DNA from: an uncultured Saprospiraceae bacterium
GTDB lineage: Bacteria; Bacteroidota; Bacteroidia; Chitinophagales; Saprospiraceae
NCBI GenBank assembly: GCA_964526645.1
Contig: CAZGJN010000013.1
Span: forward strand, 2,631-66,630
DNA length: 64,000 bases
Direction of reading: 5' to 3'
Below the pieces are notes generated by a model that ran no database searches, was not told the DNA's origin, and saw only the letters and a program-made list of their open reading frames with translations. Positions 54,064-64,000 of the stretch are shown here, in pieces. How positions within the stretch are numbered: the stretch's first letter is position 1; each line of letters begins with the position of its first letter. The translations under genes and the position numbers were made by a program.

Positions 54064-56019
54064 TTATTTGAGCCGCTCGCCATCCTGATAAGGTACAATG
54101 TATGCTTTGGAAAAGCCTTGCTGTTTGACCAAAGCCAAAGCGGCATCTGCTTCTTCCTGGCTGAAGTAATCCCCCAGTAGCACCCTGGTCAATTTTTTAT
54201 CCACGATATATTCCGTCACCAAAGTGCCCATCTCCTTGACTGCTTTGTAGTTTTCGTCATTTTCATTAAATTTCTTCAGCGCCGCCAGTTGGATTCGATA
54301 ATAAGCACCTTCGTACTTAGGCGCGGAAGTCACAATTTCAAAGTTGTTTTTATCTCGCGAGGTATAAGGCTCCGCAGTAGCAGCGCCGGTTTTTGGCTTG
54401 GTGTTTTCCTTTTTGGAACTTGGTTCAATTACCCCAGAAACATTCTCTTGTGGTTTTTTCAAATAAACTGGTTGCCCATAAACATACAAATCCGGGTCGT
54501 CCGTCGTAAAGCGGAAGGAGTAGGTTTCATACCCTGGGCTTTCCACGCTCACTTTGAACGTTTTATTTTGCTGCACCTGGAACATATACGCGCCCTCGGG
54601 AAAACTTTCGCGGGCGATTTCCGTCTCCTGAATGCCCGATACCTCGTAGAGGGTGAGGGTCGCCGCGGTTGGTTCGTTGGATACTTCGTCGTACACACTG
54701 CCTTTGAGGCTGATCACCTTTTTGCCACTGGAAAATTCAAAGATGTCTTCGTCGCGGGTAGTGGTTTTATTGCCACTAAAAGCGCGATTGGAAACTAAAA
54801 AGCCGCCTGCGCCTGATTTATTTTTTGTATAACCAAAATCATCCGCTCCTGAGTTGGTAGGCATACCGGCGTTTTCAGGATTCGACCAGCGCGTGCCATC
54901 GCCTTTTGCTTTAAAAACATCGAACCCACCGATAGAAATATGACCATTGGATGCAAAGTAGAGCGTACCTTCTATTGGATCGAAATAGGGCGTGATCTCA
55001 TCGCCCAAGGTATTGACGACACTACCCAGATTGACGGGAAATGAAAACTCTGAACGCTCGTTTGCCAGGTCACGCGTGGAGTACCAAATATCCATACCAC
55101 CTCTGCCGCCTTCCCGATTGGATACAAAATAAAGGATTTCCCGCCCCGCTTGGTGCACCACGCTGGGGTGTGTGGCAGTAGATTTGTCCATATTGATATA
55201 GTCCGGCAGTCGTTCTGGTTGCGACCAAGTGCTGCCTCGTCTTTTTAGAACAAAAATTTCGCAACGGGTAGTCAAGTCACTCCAGCTCTGTGAGCCACTA
55301 CAAATGGTGAAGTAAAACCTTGTGCCATCGGGAGATAACGCGCCATTGCAGAAATGTTGCTCATTGGCGATCACCGGAAAATTTTCGGGTAAGGAAGCCT
55401 TCGCCCATTGCGCGCCCTGCCGTTGCGAGCGGTAGATTCGGGCTTTTCCCCCCATCGTGGAAGAGAAATAGATCACATCATCGCTAAATGCAAAGGGTGC
55501 AAACTCCGTCGAAGAAGAATTGACGCCGCCGGTTGGGTAACGGATTTCCATTTGTTTATCAATTTGCAAGGGAAGCTTCGCGCCCAGTTCGCAGCCTGCG
55601 ATTTCAGTTTTGATGATATCTTCCAAAATAGATTTGGACTCTCCGCTGTAGGAAGCAAAAAAGCTATTGAAAGCCTCGCGGGCTTTGTCGTACTGACCAT
55701 CTTGCTTGAGGCTTCGGGCGTATTTAAGCCCCACCAGCGGATAATCTTCTCCATCGTCCTTCACATTTCGATAAGCCTCGGCCGCTTTTCGGTAATCTTT
55801 AATCAGGTAGTAGCATTCGCCAGCATTGAAGATAAATTCTTTTTTCTTGGATTTTTGCCGCCAGGCTTTTTCGTAATGATCGGCAGCTTCGGCGTATTTA
55901 CCTTCTTTGTAGAGGTCGTCTGCCAATTTAGCGTGTTTTTTCCAGCTAAGATTGTCCTGAGCAGGAAGTAGCGCATACGCACACAGCGCGAAGGCGAGGA
56001 GGATTGTTCTTTTAGCCAT
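54064..56019 (-). CDS. TPR plus TolB-like (PD40) beta-propeller plus CarboxypepD_reg-like plus C-terminal SPOR-like domain protein
   Basis: TPR 'LADDLYKEGKYAEAADHYEKAW'. PD40-like repeats ('SPDGTRFYF', 'REILYFVSNREGG'). C-terminal 'YYRIQLAALKKF...EADAALALVKQQGFSKAYIV'. Confidence 0.6.
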   Translation of the reverse strand: MAKRTILLAFALCAYALLPAQDNLSWKKHAKLADDLYKEGKYAEAADHYEKAWRQKSKKKEFIFNAGECYYLIKDYRKAAEAYRNVKDDGEDYPLVGLKYARSLKQDGQYDKAREAFNSFFASYSGESKSILEDIIKTEIAGCELGAKLPLQIDKQMEIRYPTGGVNSSSTEFAPFAFSDDVIYFSSTMGGKARIYRSQRQGAQWAKASLPENFPVIANEQHFCNGALSPDGTRFYFTICSGSQSWSDLTTRCEIFVLKRRGSTWSQPERLPDYINMDKSTATHPSVVHQAGREILYFVSNREGGRGGMDIWYSTRDLANERSEFSFPVNLGSVVNTLGDEITPYFDPIEGTLYFASNGHISIGGFDVFKAKGDGTRWSNPENAGMPTNSGADDFGYTKNKSGAGGFLVSNRAFSGNKTTTRDEDIFEFSSGKKVISLKGSVYDEVSNEPTAATLTLYEVSGIQETEIARESFPEGAYMFQVQQNKTFKVSVESPGYETYSFRFTTDDPDLYVYGQPVYLKKPQENVSGVIEPSSKKENTKPKTGAATAEPYTSRDKNNFEIVTSAPKYEGAYYRIQLAALKKFNENDENYKAVKEMGTLVTEYIVDKKLTRVLLGDYFSQEEADAALALVKQQGFSKAYIVPYQDGERLK

Positions 56020-56137
56020 ATCCTTTTTGATTAAAGTTTAATACAAATTGGTTTTTCAGTCAATACTTTGTATCTATTTTTCTGCGATGGGTCAAATCTG
56101 GTTGTTTTACTTTACAGATTTCGCAAATCTTAAAGAT

Positions 56138-56728
56138 TTACGAAATCTCATCCACTCTGTTTTGATCCATGATCAGTTTTTCTATCGTCGGTGCAAAATA
56201 TTTGTATTCCAAAGCATGAATTTTTTTTGCAATGGCATCGGCTGTGTCATTGGGCTTGATCGCACAGGAAGCTTGCAAGACAATGTCCCCTTCGTCATAA
56301 TTTTCGCTCACATAGTGGATCGTAATTCCTGATGTCAAATCTCCTGCTGCTTTCACTGCTTCGTGCACACGCATGCCGTACATGCCTTTCCCCCCGTATT
56401 TGGGCAACAAGGCCGGATGGATATTCACCATTCTTTTGTCAAATGCCTGCACCAGATAGGGCGGCACCAGCCACAAAAAACCAGCCAGCACTATAAAGTC
56501 TATTGCATAAGCATTGAGATCATCCAGTATTTGGGTAGTTTCATAAAAATCTTTTCTGTTGATAATCAAGGTGTCAATATGATGTTCACGGGCAATTTGC
56601 AAAACAGGGGCATCCATTTTATTAGATACAACTAAACGAATCCGAATATAAGGATTGGTATGAAAGTAGTCAATAATTTTCTTTGCATTTGTTCCGGTGC
56701 CTGAAGCAAAAATGGCGACGTTTTTCAT
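56138..56728 (-). CDS. purN: phosphoribosylglycinamide formyltransferase
   Basis: 'IFASGTGTNA', 'MVNIHPALLPKYGGKGMYG', 'GITIHYVSENYDEGDI'. Confidence 0.9.
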   Translation of the reverse strand: MKNVAIFASGTGTNAKKIIDYFHTNPYIRIRLVVSNKMDAPVLQIAREHHIDTLIINRKDFYETTQILDDLNAYAIDFIVLAGFLWLVPPYLVQAFDKRMVNIHPALLPKYGGKGMYGMRVHEAVKAAGDLTSGITIHYVSENYDEGDIVLQASCAIKPNDTADAIAKKIHALEYKYFAPTIEKLIMDQNRVDEIS

Positions 56729-56764
56729 GGTTTTATGGCAGTAATACAGCTATCAGTGCCTACG

Positions 56765-57670
56765 TTATTTTATTTTTCTATAATTAGCTGAATTTGAAGG
56801 GTCTATCCGCGACATGATTTGGATCACCTGATCCTGCTCTGCCAAAGTACCTCGCTTGAATATTTCTATCACTTCTGCCGATTTTGTATTGTTGAACATT
56901 TGCACTGCCATGGAGTTGGGGTAAGCCTGGTTCACTTCTCCTACCTTCTCCAAAACACCTAAGAGTACCTGCCTGCCTTTGGCTACATCTTCTGCCATGA
57001 TATCCAGCCCCAAGCGATGGTATTCATAAGTACCTTGGCGTAAAGGACGCACCCTGGGCGATAACAAATTTTCGATAATCCAATAGCGATTGCGGTTGCC
57101 ATCTAAGGATCGCCAGCCAGCATTGGCAGCAGCAGCAGCAGAGGGTATGTTATTCAGAATCTCTTGGGCTACTTGGAAGTATTTTTCACCGCCTAATGGA
57201 AAAAAAGAATCATAGTCCATCCCTAAAATAATATAGGCATAAAATGAGAGTACTGCCGAAAGATTATCATTGTAGGCATTCCTACTGAAAATGAGTGGTT
57301 GAAACTGCTCGTAGGAAAAGGTGACTTCCCTGTCAATGTGATTGAACGTAGCAGTCTCTTCCGAGCTGCCGTATATGGGACGCGAAGCCTGGATTGCCAA
57401 ATCTGCCTTAAAAGTTGTCGGAGAGCGCTCTTCCTGGATCGTCAGTACAATATTGCAATTAATCCGCTCATCCAATTCAAACACATCTTCTGTCCACTTT
57501 TGGCTATTCATAAATTCTCGAATCGTTTGTTCCAAGGTTTGGAAGACCTTTGGATCAACGGTTTGGAGCTTTTGGATGTTAATCTTGACAGTGGCATTTA
57601 GTTCTTGCGCCTGCACGGCAAAGCGGCACGCCACGATAGAAAGCAAGCATAGTAAGAGGAATTTTCTCAT
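56765..57670 (-). CDS. DUF4835-family protein (PorD-like, T9SS-associated)
   Basis: Signal peptide. The size and the conserved position directly downstream of coaBC are as in many Bacteroidota. Confidence 0.55.
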   Translation of the reverse strand: MRKFLLLCLLSIVACRFAVQAQELNATVKINIQKLQTVDPKVFQTLEQTIREFMNSQKWTEDVFELDERINCNIVLTIQEERSPTTFKADLAIQASRPIYGSSEETATFNHIDREVTFSYEQFQPLIFSRNAYNDNLSAVLSFYAYIILGMDYDSFFPLGGEKYFQVAQEILNNIPSAAAAANAGWRSLDGNRNRYWIIENLLSPRVRPLRQGTYEYHRLGLDIMAEDVAKGRQVLLGVLEKVGEVNQAYPNSMAVQMFNNTKSAEVIEIFKRGTLAEQDQVIQIMSRIDPSNSANYRKIK

Positions 57671-57673
57671 CCG

Positions 57674-58879
57674 CTACTTAGATTTTATTAAGGAAACAAG
57701 CTCGTTTACAATATCTTCCGCTACGGCGGCTTTCGATTTTAACTCAAATTTAATCAACTTATTGTTTCTACCTATGATCGTGATCTTGTTGGTGCTTACA
57801 TCAAATCCAGCACCAGGGTCCTGCAAAGAGTTTAGTACGATCAAATCAAAGTTTTTGCGTTCCAGTTTGGATTGTGCATTGGCTATTTCGTCGTTGGTTT
57901 CGAGCGCAAACCCTATCAAGAGCTGATCTTCCCTTTTCTGAGTGCCCAGCATGGCTGCGATATCAGGGTTTTCAACCAATTCGATTGTAAGGTGCTGTTC
58001 CTTTTTTTTGATTTTTTGCTGCGCTACCGCCGCCGGGCGATAGTCAGCAACTGCCGCTGAAAGGATGGTAACATCCGCCGAAGCAAAGTGCTCGGCTGCG
58101 GCTTGCTGCATTTGCAGGGCAGTTTCAACCCGAATGATGGTCATGTTTGAATGCTGAGGATCCAGCTTAGAGGGGCCAAGTATGAGAATCACCGTTGCGC
58201 CTCGTTTTGCGACTTCTTCCGCCAGTGCTACGCCCATTTTGCCGGAAGAGCGATTGCCAATAAAGCGCACAGGATCAATGGGTTCGTACGTTGGTCCTGC
58301 GGTGATCAAAAACTTTTTACCCTGCAAATCCGGTTGTTTTCCAAAAAAATGGTTTAAAAACTGAACGATATGCTCCGGCTCTGCCATGCGGCCTTCGCCA
58401 ACCAAGCCACTCGCCAACTCTCCGTGTGCCACAGGAATTAAATGATTGCCATACTGCTGAAGGGTTTTTACATTTTGCTGAGTGGCCGGATGATGCCACA
58501 TGTCCATGTCCATAGCTGGTGCAAAAAACACAGGACACCGAGCAGATAAGTAAACGGCAGTGAGCAGATTATCACAAATGCCAGTGGCCAGTTTGGCAAG
58601 GCTATTTGCAGAAAGGGGTGCAAGCACCATGGCATCCGCCCAAAGCCCCAATTCTACATGGTTATTCCAGCTTTCTTGGTCGCTTACTTCTGTGAGAACA
58701 GGATTTTTGGAAAGGGTAGAAAGCGTGAGTGGCGCAATAAATCCATTGGCAGCTTTGGTCATCAGGACTTTTACTTCCGCCCCTTCTTTGATGAGTAGCC
58801 TGGCCAAGTGAGCACTTTTGTAAGCGGCAATACTACCAGTGATGCCCAGTAGAATTTTTTTGCCCGTAAGGTGTGCCAT
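57674..58879 (-). CDS. coaBC: bifunctional phosphopantothenoylcysteine decarboxylase / phosphopantothenate-cysteine ligase
   Basis: 'LLGITGSIAAYK' flavoprotein N-terminus. 'ITAGPTYEPIDPVRFIGNRSSGKMG' CoaB motif. Confidence 0.9.
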   Translation of the reverse strand: MAHLTGKKILLGITGSIAAYKSAHLARLLIKEGAEVKVLMTKAANGFIAPLTLSTLSKNPVLTEVSDQESWNNHVELGLWADAMVLAPLSANSLAKLATGICDNLLTAVYLSARCPVFFAPAMDMDMWHHPATQQNVKTLQQYGNHLIPVAHGELASGLVGEGRMAEPEHIVQFLNHFFGKQPDLQGKKFLITAGPTYEPIDPVRFIGNRSSGKMGVALAEEVAKRGATVILILGPSKLDPQHSNMTIIRVETALQMQQAAAEHFASADVTILSAAVADYRPAAVAQQKIKKKEQHLTIELVENPDIAAMLGTQKREDQLLIGFALETNDEIANAQSKLERKNFDLIVLNSLQDPGAGFDVSTNKITIIGRNNKLIKFELKSKAAVAEDIVNELVSLIKSK

Positions 58880-58962
58880 ATTTAGCGTAAAATGAGGAAT
58901 GAATGCGCCGCCACACAGTCATTTGCGAGGCGGTGCACAGCGATTGGCAAAAGATTGAAAAT

Positions 58963-59301
58963 TTATTTTTTCTTCTTCTTGTCATTAAACCGGTAGTAAA
59001 TATCCCCCGCGAGAAATTCTTCGGTAGCAATAACCGCCGGGTTGGGCAGCCGTTCATAAAACTTGGAAATTTCGATCTGCTCTTTGTTTTCGTTCACTTC
59101 TTCGATTGTATCCGAACTCACGGCAAACTCTTCCAGTTTGTTGTGCAATTCATACTTAATGTCCGTATTCAGTTGGCGGGCACGCTTGGCTATGATTGCC
59201 AGTGTTTCATAGATATTGTTGGTATCCTTTACCATTTCGACCACATCGCGGGGTCTCACATTAGGATCCAGTCCTTGTACTTTGGTTTTGATATCTGACA
59301 T
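58963..59301 (-). CDS. rpoZ: DNA-directed RNA polymerase subunit omega (Bacteroidota long form)
   Basis: 'NNIYETLAIIAKRARQLN' core. It sits between bamD and coaBC. The annotated start overlaps the bamD 3' end by 41 nt, so a downstream start is possible. Confidence 0.7.
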   Translation of the reverse strand: MSDIKTKVQGLDPNVRPRDVVEMVKDTNNIYETLAIIAKRARQLNTDIKYELHNKLEEFAVSSDTIEEVNENKEQIEISKFYERLPNPAVIATEEFLAGDIYYRFNDKKKKK

Positions 59302-60106
59302 TATTGAGCTGATTTACTTTTTTTGATGAAATATTCTGAAAGTTAGCAACTTCTTTGTTGTAAGCACTACTGGGGTAGCGACTTAAAAACGCGGCAGCCT
59401 TATCAATTGTTTCCTGGAATCGCTCCTGCTGCTTTTCTACCACGCTGTTTTCAGCAAGTAAATAATACGCTTTGATAATCATATAGCGCACTTCCTCTGC
59501 GTTTTTGGTCTCTGGAAAATCCTTCAAAAGGTTTTCAAAAGTATGCGTTGCAGATTGGTACAGCCTTAGGTTGAAATACAATTTGCCTTCTTCAAAGGAT
59601 TTTTTCTCCAATTTGGCGCGCATTTGGTCTATGAGGATATTGCATTCTTGCACCCGCAGGCTGTTAGGGTACAAATTGGTAAATGCCTGCAACTCGTCAA
59701 TTGCCTTTAAAGTGTAGGTTTGATCCAACCTGAAAGTAGGCGACAATTGATAGTTGGAGTAGGCACTCATAAAATCTGCTTCCTCTCTCAGCGGGCTGAT
59801 CGTATAGGTTTGAGCAAAGTTTTTGAAATAGTAAGATGCCAGAATGTATTCCTCCAAGTAGTAGTAGGTATAAGCGTATTTGAAGTAGATCTGCTCCGCT
59901 TCCGGGCGACCACGAAAGCTGCTGATGATCAATTCATACAAAGTTCGGGCTTTTTGGTACTCTGTGTCATTATAGTATTCCTCTGCTTTTTTGAAGAGGA
60001 GATCAGGATCGCCGCTGGAGCGAATCCGCTCGAACTCACTTTTGCAAGATGTACCAAGCACCAACACAATCAGCGCCCAAAGGGCAAATGCACTGTTTTT
60101 TCTCAT
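59261..60106 (-). CDS. bamD: outer-membrane protein assembly factor BamD (TPR lipoprotein)
   Basis: Lipobox 'VLGTSC'. TPR-like 'LLFKKAEEYYNDTEYQKARTLYELI'. Conserved bamD-rpoZ-coaBC order. Confidence 0.75.
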   Translation of the reverse strand: MRKNSAFALWALIVLVLGTSCKSEFERIRSSGDPDLLFKKAEEYYNDTEYQKARTLYELIISSFRGRPEAEQIYFKYAYTYYYLEEYILASYYFKNFAQTYTISPLREEADFMSAYSNYQLSPTFRLDQTYTLKAIDELQAFTNLYPNSLRVQECNILIDQMRAKLEKKSFEEGKLYFNLRLYQSATHTFENLLKDFPETKNAEEVRYMIIKAYYLLAENSVVEKQQERFQETIDKAAAFLSRYPSSAYNKEVANFQNISSKKVNQLNNVRYQNQSTRTGS

Positions 60107-60273
60107 GAGGTTGCAAAATTACACTTTTTTATAAATCTGCGCAAGATTCTTTCTGGCAGGGTTTGCTGCGCTGCTTCATTTTATGATGAAATTCGGGCTT
60201 GTACAAAGAAATCTTCCACCTATAAAAAGGTTGTATGCACTTTATAATTAACTTTGAACGCAGGCTATGGCTT

Positions 60274-61209
60274 ATGGAAAGATTAGAAGAATTCAGGCTT
60301 TTTTATAATCAAACTATTTATCCGGAGTTGCTCCGAATGGAACGGCGGCGTTTGCGGCTCATCGGGCTTCTATTTGTCTCTTTTTTGCTGATCGTTGGTT
60401 TGGTGGCGCTGCAATTTTACCTCAATCTACTACTGACTGCCCTCCTACTGGCAATTCCAATCGTAGCTTATAGCAGTTATTTGATTTATCAAATTCAGGA
60501 GTTTCGGCGCACATTCAAACCCAATGTGGTAGAATTGCTGCTGGATTTTATTGATGATGGCATCAATTTCGATACCAACCACCCGCTTTCCTACCATCCG
60601 GAGGAAGGCATTACCAAGGCACAATTTTTAGAAAGTGGCTTATTTGTAACCCCTGCACCCTATTATACCTCCGAAGATACCATTAAAGGCAGAATCGGGG
60701 AATTAGAATTCGAGTTATCAGAATTGAATGTCAAGGAGTTATCACCGATTCGCAACGACTTGGAAGAAGTATTCAAGGGCGTTTTCCTGCATGCTACTTT
60801 CAAAGCAGATGTGGAAGGCAGAATGATAGTGCTGCCACGCGAGAAAAGGCAATTCACTACTCGCACCATCAAAGAATTTGTTTTCCGAAAAGGGAAAAAT
60901 AAGGATGAGGAGATTTTGAATCCAACCTTCCGTGAGATTTTCATGACTTATGCTACCGATGATATGCACGTGGCAGGCGTTCTTACCGAGCCTTTGCAGG
61001 AAGCGCTTGTCCAAATTTACCAGGAAACAAGAAGAATGCTTTATTTTTCGTTTATTGACAAAGATTTTTACATCGCTGTTGCAGAACCAAAAGACCTACT
61101 CGAACCTTTTATATTTTGGTCAAATCTAAGTTATGACCTCATCAAAGAATTTATGGAGGATATCAATTTGATTTTGAGGTTAGTGCATGAATTTGACGAA
61201 AAGATTTAA
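60274..61209 (+). CDS. two-TM hypothetical protein (DUF3137-like by eye)
   Basis: The likely start is the ATG at 60274 ('MERLEEFRLFYNQTIYPELLRMERRR'), followed by two TM helices and a soluble domain. Confidence 0.45.
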   Translation: MERLEEFRLFYNQTIYPELLRMERRRLRLIGLLFVSFLLIVGLVALQFYLNLLLTALLLAIPIVAYSSYLIYQIQEFRRTFKPNVVELLLDFIDDGINFDTNHPLSYHPEEGITKAQFLESGLFVTPAPYYTSEDTIKGRIGELEFELSELNVKELSPIRNDLEEVFKGVFLHATFKADVEGRMIVLPREKRQFTTRTIKEFVFRKGKNKDEEILNPTFREIFMTYATDDMHVAGVLTEPLQEALVQIYQETRRMLYFSFIDKDFYIAVAEPKDLLEPFIFWSNLSYDLIKEFMEDINLILRLVHEFDEKI

Positions 61210-61249
61210 CAAAAATCCTTAAAGTTAATCGCTTATACAAAATTTCACC

Positions 61250-62134
61250 ATGAAACGACTGTTATTAGTACTTTTAGCACAAGTCTTTTTTTTCATCTGG
61301 GCATGGTCCCAGCCACCCACTGCCGAGGAAAATTCACTCCTTTGGGAAATCTCTGGTAAGGAACTCAAGCAAACTTCTTATTTGTTTGGCACTATTCACC
61401 TGATCAGCAAAGCTGACTACGCCCTTTCTGATCTCACCAAAAGCTCATTGGAAAAAGCCAAATGGGTGACATTTGAAATCAACATGGAGGAAATGTCTGA
61501 TTTCTCTAATCTGATGCCCTTGATGATGAAAGCCTTCATGGCAGATGGAAAAACGCTACGCAGCTTATTGAATGAAGAAGACTATTCTGTGGTCAAAGCA
61601 CATTTTGAAAAAGTCGGCTTGCCTATGTTTTTGATCGAACGCATCAAACCAATGTTTCTATCCGCGATGGGCAATGAAGATGTGGCTTCCATGCAAAACA
61701 ATGGGGAAATGGTTTCCTACGAAATGGAGTTGATGAAAATTGCAAAGGAACAGAAAAAACAAGTAGCAGGCTTGGAAACTACCGAATATCAAATGAGTAT
61801 GTTCGATAGCATTCCTTACGAAGTGCAAGCAAAGATGTTGGTGGAAAGTATCAAAGCAGGCGAAGGCGACAACGAGGCATTCCAACAAATGGTAGAATTA
61901 TACAAAAAACAGGACATCACCGGCTTGAGCAACATGATACAAGCTGATCAGGAAATGAATAACTACGAAGATGTGTTGCTGGTGCGTCGCAACAAAAACT
62001 GGATTCCTGTGATGGCTAAAATGATGGCGGAAAACCCTACATTTTTTGCCGTGGGTGCCGGGCACTTAGCCGGCGAACAAGGCGTGATAGCGCTCCTCCG
62101 TGCAGCAGGATATAGCGTGAAGCCACTGCGATGA
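61250..62134 (+). CDS. TraB/GumN-family protein
   Basis: Signal peptide. 'LLWEISGKELKQTSYLFGTIHL' and 'FFAVGAGHLAGEQGVIALL' are typical TraB/GumN motifs. Confidence 0.75.
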   Translation: MKRLLLVLLAQVFFFIWAWSQPPTAEENSLLWEISGKELKQTSYLFGTIHLISKADYALSDLTKSSLEKAKWVTFEINMEEMSDFSNLMPLMMKAFMADGKTLRSLLNEEDYSVVKAHFEKVGLPMFLIERIKPMFLSAMGNEDVASMQNNGEMVSYEMELMKIAKEQKKQVAGLETTEYQMSMFDSIPYEVQAKMLVESIKAGEGDNEAFQQMVELYKKQDITGLSNMIQADQEMNNYEDVLLVRRNKNWIPVMAKMMAENPTFFAVGAGHLAGEQGVIALLRAAGYSVKPLR

Positions 62135-62144
62135 GGTGCAGCTT

Positions 62145-62975
62145 TTAATTCACGACCTTCACTTGAGCTACCTGTAACACGTTCTTCTTGTCACCACCAA
62201 GATGAACAAAGGCAATGAGTGTGCATTTTGCTGCATTCCATTCAGCTGGGATGGCGTAAGCGAAATTTTTGGCGATTTTTGTACCCTCGATCAGGGACTC
62301 CGCAAGTGGATTCCCATCAAAGTTGCTGAGCATATCGCGCAAAACGTGCTTGTGCTTATAATTTTCTTGCTTGCCGGTGGGCGTGAGCTGCACATCCTCG
62401 ATGTCATCCTCTGTAATGGCTACACTGAGGCGAACATCGCTGGCATCAATAGTTTCCAAGATTTCAATACTGATGCTCAAGCTGAGTTGCCGGTTGGTTG
62501 GCGTATAATTTTTTTGCAAACCCATTTTCACCATAGCCGGAATGGCAATTTCCTGCGCCACATAACCAGGCCACTGGCCCTGTCCGAGTTGCAGGCGCGG
62601 CTCTCCCTCAAATAAGCTCCGATTAATAACAGCAGCAGGATACCCCAGCGGCGAGCCAAGTAAATTGAGTAAATTATCCCCATCGGGTGTCCGAAAATCA
62701 TATTTGCTCTCTGGATAAGGCGGTGCAAAAAAACCAGCATGAAAGGATACCACCGCCAGCCGATCCCCATAAATGTCAACCAACGCTTGCAAAGCTTCAC
62801 TACCTGCTGGGCAATTGACACATCGAACACCAGTGTATTCTTCCACCAGCACATGGCGCTGTACTTGGCCTGCACCGGAGTCGGTATCAATGGGACTGAG
62901 TACCGGCGGAATTTCTTCGCAGCTATTGAGCAGCAAACAGCAAGAAATAAGAACCAAGCAGCTTATATTTTTCAT
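62145..62975 (-). CDS. Omp28-related/thioredoxin-like outer-membrane lipoprotein
   Basis: Lipobox 'LLLNSC'. 'VLVEEYTGVRCVNCPAGSEAL' (CxxC context) resembles Omp28-related proteins. Confidence 0.5.
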   Translation of the reverse strand: MKNISCLVLISCCLLLNSCEEIPPVLSPIDTDSGAGQVQRHVLVEEYTGVRCVNCPAGSEALQALVDIYGDRLAVVSFHAGFFAPPYPESKYDFRTPDGDNLLNLLGSPLGYPAAVINRSLFEGEPRLQLGQGQWPGYVAQEIAIPAMVKMGLQKNYTPTNRQLSLSISIEILETIDASDVRLSVAITEDDIEDVQLTPTGKQENYKHKHVLRDMLSNFDGNPLAESLIEGTKIAKNFAYAIPAEWNAAKCTLIAFVHLGGDKKNVLQVAQVKVVN

Positions 62976-63016
62976 TTTACATAAATTTTGATTATTTTAC
63001 CAAACCTGGCATCTTC

Positions 63017-64000
63017 TTAAAAAGTAGAATTTACAGTCATTTTTACACCACTAAAAGCAGGCTCCAAGCGGCAAATACCCCCTGCACACACTACTCCTTC
63101 TACTTGTTTTACATAGCTGAGCGAAAAGCGATTCGAACGAATTGTATAATAAACATCAAATCTGGGGTAATGAATATTTAGTTTTTCTCCATTTTCATCC
63201 ACTGGGGAATTTCTCCCTGCCTTGATATTATACATATCCGAAGCGGTGAAGCTCCAGTGCGGCGCAATGCTAAATTCAGCCAAGCCAAAAAGCCAGCTTC
63301 CATAATCCTGTCCTAATTCCACTGCTTTGTCCTCGCCAGTGAACATCGCCTGCGCTTCAATCCTCAGTGCTTTGGTTCGATCAAATCGGTATAAAAACTC
63401 CGCAAAAGGCGTAACCGTTTGCACGTTGGGCACTCCGGGTTTAAATTCATAAACTGATTGGTTGTAAGTTTGCAACTGCAAGCCTCCAAGCAAACCCCAT
63501 TCTCGTTTGTATTTGTAGCCAATTTCAGCATAAATTTCGCGATATAATAATTCGTCTTTCAAGTTTGTAATATTGGAAACATTTACATTTACATTCCAGT
63601 TTTTATTAAACAAATAGCGAATATCCGCCTGGAACGCCAATTCACCCAACTCTTGGGTAGCAGCATTGTAACGCGCCGGCAGGCGGTAAGTGTTCAGGCG
63701 GGCCATAGGTGGTAGAAAATTGACAAAGCCCTGATTCAGCTGTGCCTGAGGGCGTGCACGGAAGGTAAAATTCTCGGTGCGTTTAGCTTCTAAGGTAATC
63801 CCCAGTCCACTTTTTGCATAGCCGATACTGGAATACAGCACCGAGCCGGGTTTTTGGATGAATTTATCTCCGATAATCGCCGCGCTATCTCTTCTGATGA
63901 TGCCAAAGGGGTCGTTGATCGGGTCTTCGGTTTTATAAGCCGCTTCCAAGTACCAAGATACTGCCCCAACGCTTAAAGTATTGTATAATGAAAAAGCATA
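63017..64000 (-). CDS. outer-membrane beta-barrel protein (DUF6029-like), N-terminus outside the window
   Basis: The frame is open to base 64000. Amphipathic strand pattern. C-terminal 'VCAGGICRLEPAFSGVKMTVNSTF'. Confidence 0.5.
   Translation of the reverse strand, partial: YAFSLYNTLSVGAVSWYLEAAYKTEDPINDPFGIIRRDSAAIIGDKFIQKPGSVLYSSIGYAKSGLGITLEAKRTENFTFRARPQAQLNQGFVNFLPPMARLNTYRLPARYNAATQELGELAFQADIRYLFNKNWNVNVNVSNITNLKDELLYREIYAEIGYKYKREWGLLGGLQLQTYNQSVYEFKPGVPNVQTVTPFAEFLYRFDRTKALRIEAQAMFTGEDKAVELGQDYGSWLFGLAEFSIAPHWSFTASDMYNIKAGRNSPVDENGEKLNIHYPRFDVYYTIRSNRFSLSYVKQVEGVVCAGGICRLEPAFSGVKMTVNSTF

Noticed and set aside
1-64000. CRISPR arrays, rRNA genes and tRNA genes.
   Set aside because: I found no regularly spaced direct repeats and no rRNA-like or tRNA-like (T-loop GGTTCGAATCC-type) sequences while reading the intergenic regions. 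All large gaps are AT-rich promoter-like or decayed sequence.

Overview
The window looks like a Bacteroidota chromosome. Markers are a T9SS C-terminal sorting domain, bamD-rpoZ-coaBC-DUF4835 synteny, a TonB-dependent receptor paired with a DUF4249 lipoprotein, and leaderless A-rich translation starts. No rRNA, tRNA or CRISPR array was seen. All family names come from motifs read by eye, since no searches were possible. The window splits into three zones.

(1) 1-13.4 kb is a visibly AT-richer block. Sampled lines are about 28-35% GC, against about 45-55% further right. Every credible gene is on the + strand and the functions are miscellaneous: protease, YitT, Crp, MDR and SDR oxidoreductases, DoxX, a BNR/T9SS protein and a Cys-rich ECF sigma. 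The block also holds a decayed IS3 element, a small membrane ORF with an in-frame TGA, and short sequence modules that recur only in its intergenic gaps.

(2) 13.4-31.5 kb, minus strand, is a beta-1,3-glucan (laminarin-type) utilisation locus: GH16, GH30, two GH17, a GPH/MFS importer, a large GH149-like phosphorylase candidate, a multi-repeat surface glycan-binding lipoprotein and a propeller/YYY/LuxR regulator. It has no SusC/SusD pair. The slot where they normally sit holds a 1045-aa protein that fuses a clan GH-A glycosidase domain to a roughly 600-aa predicted outer-membrane beta-barrel. This is my best candidate for something undescribed.

(3) 32-64 kb is ordinary housekeeping: recJ, pepN-like M1, S41 and M16 peptidases, hppA, purN, coaBC, rpoZ and bamD.
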